Source of the DNA: Octopus vulgaris | Lineage: Eukaryota | DNA: 64,000 nt | Assembly (NCBI GenBank): GCA_951406725.2 | Contig: OX597816.1 | Span: forward strand, 172,608,001-172,672,000 | Direction: 5' to 3' | Part shown: positions 58,463 to 64,000 of the stretch, piece after piece | Layout: each line of letters starts with the position of its first letter | Position numbering within the stretch: position 1 is the first letter of the stretch | The notes under the pieces: generated by a model | What the model was told of the DNA's origin: nothing | The model's database searches: none | The model's input: only the letters and a program-made list of their open reading frames with translations | Position numbers and translations under genes: made by a program

Positions 58463-58870
58463 AGGAGTGGCTGTGTGGTAAGTAGCTTGCTTACCAACCA
58501 CATGGTTCCGGGTTCAGTCCCGTTGCGTGGCACCTTGGGCAAGTGTCTTCTACTATAGCCTCGGGCCGACCAAAGCCTTGTGAGTGGATTTGGTAGACGG
58601 AAACTGAAAGACGCCCGTCGTATATATGTATATATATGTGTGTGTGTGCGTGTATGTTTGTGTGTCTGTGTTTGTCCCCCTAGCATTGCTTGACAACCGA
58701 TGCTGGTGTGTTTATGTCCCCGTCACTTAGCGGTTCGGCAAAAGGGACCGATAGAATAAATACTGGGCTTACAAAGAATAAGTCCCGGGATCGAGTTGCT
58801 CGACTAAAGGCGGTGCTCCAGCATGGCCGCAGTCAACTGACTGAAACAAGTACAAGAGTAAAAGAGAGTA
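58463..58870 (+). mobile_element. SINE family A full-length copy
   Basis: A-box tggctgtgtgg, B-box gggttcagtccc, CORE-like ccttgggcaagt, tail gagtaaaa. Confidence 0.9.
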
Positions 58871-58881
58871 AATGAGTATAC

Positions 58882-58930
<49 letters not shown>

Positions 58931-58947
58931 ATACATATATATATATT

Positions 58948-59220
58948 AAAGGAAGAAAAGAGTTCATCGGTTCTGTACCAGCACGCCGAGCAGGAACACG
59001 GGGGCTCACTCAACAACATAGAAGTTAAAATCTTGTCCACACATACAACAGACGCAACAATTAGACAAATTACTGTAGCTACACACATAATAGAAGATAA
59101 ACCTAGCCTGAATAGGAAACTGGAATGGAACACTAGCACACACCACAGCATATGACAGAATAAGATCCCCCATAAACTGGTAACAATATAAACAAAACTA
59201 AAAACATAATAAAATACACA
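58948..59220 (+). mobile_element. Penelope-like element 3' end (GIY-YIG C-terminus)
   Basis: SSVLYQHAEQEHGG...ILSTHTTDATIRQITVATHIIEDKPSLNRKLEW; 5'-truncated at (TA)n. Confidence 0.75.
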
Positions 59221-59499
59221 GATAAATAAACAAATGGAAGTAAATAACTATATACATTAACGAAAAAAAATAACTAAATACAAGAAAAAAAAATAATTAG
59301 TAGGTTTAAACGCATTAACAAAATAAACAAAAACAAATTACACGAACGTGTATAAACAGGAGATACAAATATTACAGGCACACACCCCACACACACACAC
59401 TAACTAAGCATAGACACACACAGAGGTATACGCATGCGCAAATAAAGACACATACAATAGGAATACAAAATACAAAATGGCTGACCGTTAGTAAGGAGA

Positions 59500-61775
59500 G
59501 GCACACAAATACAGCATTCGAAACCTCAGCTTGCAAAGTCTTCATTTAGTCAGTCTACTGCAGCGGTGTCATCTACCTCCAAGCAGACTACTTTGAGTCA
59601 GTTTTATCGTCGGTTTGATCATCCGGTGAATACTACTGTAACAGGATGAGAATTGAGGAACACTGGAGGGGTGTCTGGTCTGATCTTGTCACATTCAATT
59701 CAGGTTGAAGAAACGGAGACAAAGTCAGGCTGTCTTCAATAACAGTAAGTGGTTGTTTATTCTACGGTTACATGTACACATGTATTTCTTGTGGGGAAAC
59801 CGGCAGCCGAATCCACAGGACTGGTTACAATGTTCTCTCGTGCGAGTTAAAATGATTCGGTGTTCGTTCCCGCTTCGTTGGGGTGAAGTTCTCTGTTGCG
59901 TAAGGTTGTTCCCTGAGAGAAAGTCAAGCCACGTCCGACCGCTAGCGCTGCTCTGCCAGAAAAGACCGATTCAACGGTCAGGCTTTCAGGTTGCAGTTCC
60001 TGTGCATGCGCATGAGGAAACTTCCGGTAGCCAACCGGAAGTAATCCAATTCTGTGTAAGTGCGCTGAAACTTACACAGTAGCGTCACTACACTACCCTA
60101 CAACGTGACATTAAAACATCACTTGCTAACTGGATAGCTAATAGTGGTTGACCAATATCGACAGTAGTAGATGATGGTCTTCAGCAAGTATTGCGTACAG
60201 CGCTTCAAAATACCGAATGTAATCTAACTTGCCAGCGCACTACTGATAAAATGTTGGTTGATATTTATAACAGCAACAGAGAAACTGTTAAAGAAGCAGT
60301 GAAAAATTCAAAGGCGATTGCGCTAACATCTGATTTTTGGACATCCCTAGGTAATGAAAGTTACAGCAGAATCACCAGCCACTGGATTTCTGATGACTGG
60401 AATTCAATAAGTGTTATTCTTGAATGTGTGCATGTTGTTGAACGTCACTATTCAACAACAATGTTGCTGAGTTATATAAACAATTTGTAAAATACTGAGA
60501 TATAGCAAAGACGATTCAGGTTCTAGTAGGAGACAATGCACGAAATCTGGTTTCAGCTGTTAAACTGGTTTTGCTCATATTCCGTGTTTGACTCATAACC
60601 GGCAGTTGAGAAATATTGCGTGGATTTAAAGCCACAGATACAGAAGCATTACTTGTCGAAAAATCATATGACGTTTTAAACATAGTCCTATCCACACAAG
60701 TGAATTGCAGAATTGTAGTGATTCACCATTGCGTAAGCTGCAGTAAGATGTTCCAACAAGATGGAACGGTACTTTTATAATGCTACAGAGTCTACTGCAG
60801 GCCAGAGAAGCAATAATAATCTATATGTCAGGCGAAGAGAAGCAATATAAAGGTCTAAAACTGTTCGGTTCTGATTGGGGAAATATTTCAAAATACATTA
60901 ACGTTTTAGATTTATTCTGTCAGGCTACGGTCCTGTTTGGCGGTGAAAAATTTGTGTCGTATAGCTGTGTAATACCACTGTTATTGTCTTTGACAAAACA
61001 CATGACTGTAAATGATGATGATCCAAGTTGTATAGGCAGATTCAAGGCAACATCTGTTAATGGCTTCAGCAAACGTGTAGCTGGCATGAAAAGTATTGAA
61101 ATATTACAGACTGCAACAGCACTTGGTCCACGATATAAATACTTGAAGTGTTTATCTGACGATTCAAAAGAACAAACTTGGTTACTTATTGGACAACAAA
61201 TAGTAGTTGATGTTAATGACGATCGGTTGAAGACAAATGCACAAGATGATACTGACAGTGTCAATAAAACTATATGTGAAGTGAATGAAAAACGTATGAA
61301 GCTGATGGAGTCTGACTCAGACTTAGAAGAGGATGTCGAAAACGCTTCTGATGAAGTACAGCGATATAAAATGGAGAAAAAAGTTGTTAAATCAGTTGAT
61401 CCACTGCAGTGGTGGAAACTTAATGAACATCGATATCTGAAATAGGCATTTCCGAAATGTGCATATCAGCTACCTCGGTACCGTGTGAACGATTATTTTG
61501 CTCTGCTGGTTACTTTGTTAACAGGACGCGCTCATCACTTGAACCAGATACCGTTAACATGCTTGTGTGCTTGCGTAACTGGTTATCCAACAACATTTGA
61601 GAGAGAAAACGCCTATGCTGTTCCTTGTTTTTAACTGAATTTTAATTAAAATATCATAAACTTGCCAATAAATGCAACTGCAGACATTTTGTGTTTTAAT
61701 CGAAATTAACTATTAATTAATCGTTAATTTATCAAAAGTTAATTATCAAAATTAAATTAATCGTTACCAGCTCTT
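59500..61775 (+). mobile_element. hAT (Ac/ZBED1-like) transposon, pseudogenised and interrupted by a solo LTR
   Basis: LANWIANSG.PISTVVDDG, IALTSDFWTS, DVPTRWNGT, DPLQWWK, ATSVPCERLF.SAG...RSSLEPDTVNMLVCL; right end aattaatcgttaccagctct is hAT TIR-like. Confidence 0.92.
59637..60092 (-). mobile_element. Solo LTR (456 bp, TG...CA, 4-bp TSD; Gypsy-like)
   Basis: Begins tgta, ends taca, flanked by ctac at 59633-59636 and 60093-60096; AATAAA on the minus strand at 59761-59756. Confidence 0.85.
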
Positions 61776-62210
61776 ATATGAGTAACAAAGAGGTACAAGC
61801 GTCAATCCTTTACCACCGTTTCCAACGACTCCTTTAATTGATGAGTGAAAACATTACATCATTGTAAAGAAAACCGTTTCCGTCAGATGAATTCATGAGC
61901 TTCAAAAATAAAGGACAATTCGACTTATTTTTAAATAGTTACAAATTCACGGAGCAAAAATATTTACATTGATTTTGCTTGCCAACTGAATAGTAGCAGA
62001 ATCAATGTAAATATTTTTGCTCCGTGAATTTGTAACTATTTCAAATAAGTCGAATTGTCCTTATTTAAAATAGCTATTTTTGAAGCCCATGAATTCATCT
62101 AACGAAAACGGTTTTCTTTACAATGGTGTAATGTTTTCATTCATCAATCAAAGGAACCGTTGGAAACGGCCGTAAACGATCGACACCCCGTACCTCTTTG
62201 TTACTCATAT
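61776..62210. repeat. Long fold-back palindrome (~205-bp arms, ~15-nt loop)
   Basis: atatgagtaacaaagaggtac... versus ...gtacctctttgttactcatat; right arm has a ~13-bp insertion. Confidence 0.9.
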
Positions 62211-62451
62211 TTTATTTACCAATCCTGGAATCTGCGCTTCGTAAATATTATAGACAGTATTTTACTACAAAGTACATGTCTGAATAGCTAAGAGCGGATT
62301 TCTTCACTCAGGTGGGTCTTATTATCTGCATACACTGCAAGAATATCATGTAGCCGGCACTTATGCACCACTTAATATTGTTGGGTGTGCATGTTAGTCT
62401 GACCTAACAAAGTATCTCATTTTAGTACCTAATTCAACTGAATCTTAATTG

Positions 62452-62487
<36 letters not shown>

Positions 62488-62624
62488 TGTATGTATGTAT
62501 GTATGTATATATATTTAAAGGGCTAAAAACCACTATGTGGACAGCCATATGCTAGAAGTAGATCATCTACGATCAAACTACAAAGAAAGAATGTTCTCTA
62601 GAGAAAAATTCACCGGACACCAGA

Positions 62625-63002
62625 ACAATATGCGGGAGCCATGGAAAGGTCAATGCTTGGTATCTCGTTGAGAGAGCACATCAGTAGCGAGATCGTCAGA
62701 AAGAAGTCCGGCGTGAGGGATGTCATCGCAGAGTATACACGCAGCAAGTTTAAATTGGCTGGACACGTCGCCCGGCTCACCGATAATCGGTGGACCCGCG
62801 CAGTTATCGAGTGGTACCCGCGCGAGCGGAAACGACCACCCGGAAGACCTCCACGACGGCGGAGTTACGATTTCAGGAGGACGATTGGGATCACGTGGAT
62901 GAGAAAGGCGCGATCCAGAGAGGAGTGGACAGCGTGCTGTGACCAGCAGTGTCAAATGGACGCCCGACGGACTGGTCGGTCAAGGTGATCAAGGTGAAGG
63001 TG

Positions 63003-63004
<2 letters not shown>
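62625..63004 (+). mobile_element. RTE-clade LINE 3' end
   Basis: MERSMLGISLREH...AGHVARLTDNRWT...WYPRERKRPPGRPP; short tandem tail caaggtgatcaaggtgaaggtgat. Confidence 0.88.
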
Positions 63005-63372
<368 letters not shown>

Positions 63373-63707
63373 GTAACTCCAAGAATGTTACGGATAATAT
63401 CTATCCAATACACAGCTGGTAGAATACCCAATTATTAATACACAAGTGTTTTTATTGCATTGAAATTACATTACCTGGTGTACTAAATGGGTGAGGGTAA
63501 AGAGATATTTTACCATTAATTTTACCATTAATAGAGCAATAAGAAAATGGAGAGGATGGAGAGGTGGTTCATTACGCTTTACATATGTAAAGCATAATAT
63601 GTTATATCTATGTATATTCTTGTAATTATCAGTTTTGTAAATAAATAAATAAGTTAATATAAGTTGATGAATACCACCTATTGATCCCCTCTATTTTCTC
63701 ATTGCTA

Positions 63708-63711
<4 letters not shown>

Positions 63712-63743
<32 letters not shown>

Positions 63744-63918
63744 TGTATGTATGTATGTATGTATGTATGTATGTATGTATGTATATATGTATGAATGTAT
63801 GTATGTATGTATGTATGTATGTATGTATGTATATATGTATGAATGTATGTATGTATGTATGTATGTATGTATGTATGTATGTATGTGTGTGTGTATGTGT
63901 GTATGTATGTATGTATAT
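63712..63918. repeat. (TATG)n microsatellite
   Basis: Seen directly. Confidence 0.95.
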
Positions 63919-64000
63919 GAGTATTCACACACACACACACATATATATTATTTATAACAGTTTGATCCGGTTTCAAGTTTCGCAGGCAACCCAACGGAGA

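Overview
Repeat-dominated, AT-rich eukaryotic DNA. By inference from its tRNA-derived SINE families and extreme (TA)n/(CA)n/(TATC)n/trinucleotide microsatellite load, it is probably a coleoid cephalopod (Octopus-like) intron or intergenic region. Most listed ORFs are microsatellite artefacts. The real content is a nested set of decayed transposons: RLE-type LINEs (R4/Dong-like, CRE-like, HERO-like), L1/Tx1, RTE, Penelope-like (GIY-YIG) remnants, Tc1/mariner, hAT, Helitron, one solo LTR and four SINE types. There are also a few weak candidate host exons. The most interesting signals are: (i) two type I hammerhead ribozyme folds with palindromic loop 3; (ii) a recurring (TA)n / fold-back hairpin / one-sided tail / (TA)n mini-element architecture that links to hammerhead-bearing Penelope termini; (iii) an RTE copy with twin-priming-style 5' inversion; (iv) a solo LTR whose removal restores a hAT reading frame; (v) two Penelope ends sharing a Glu-to-Val change at the presumed catalytic site. 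Coordinates were read by eye, and ends of decayed repeats are approximate.
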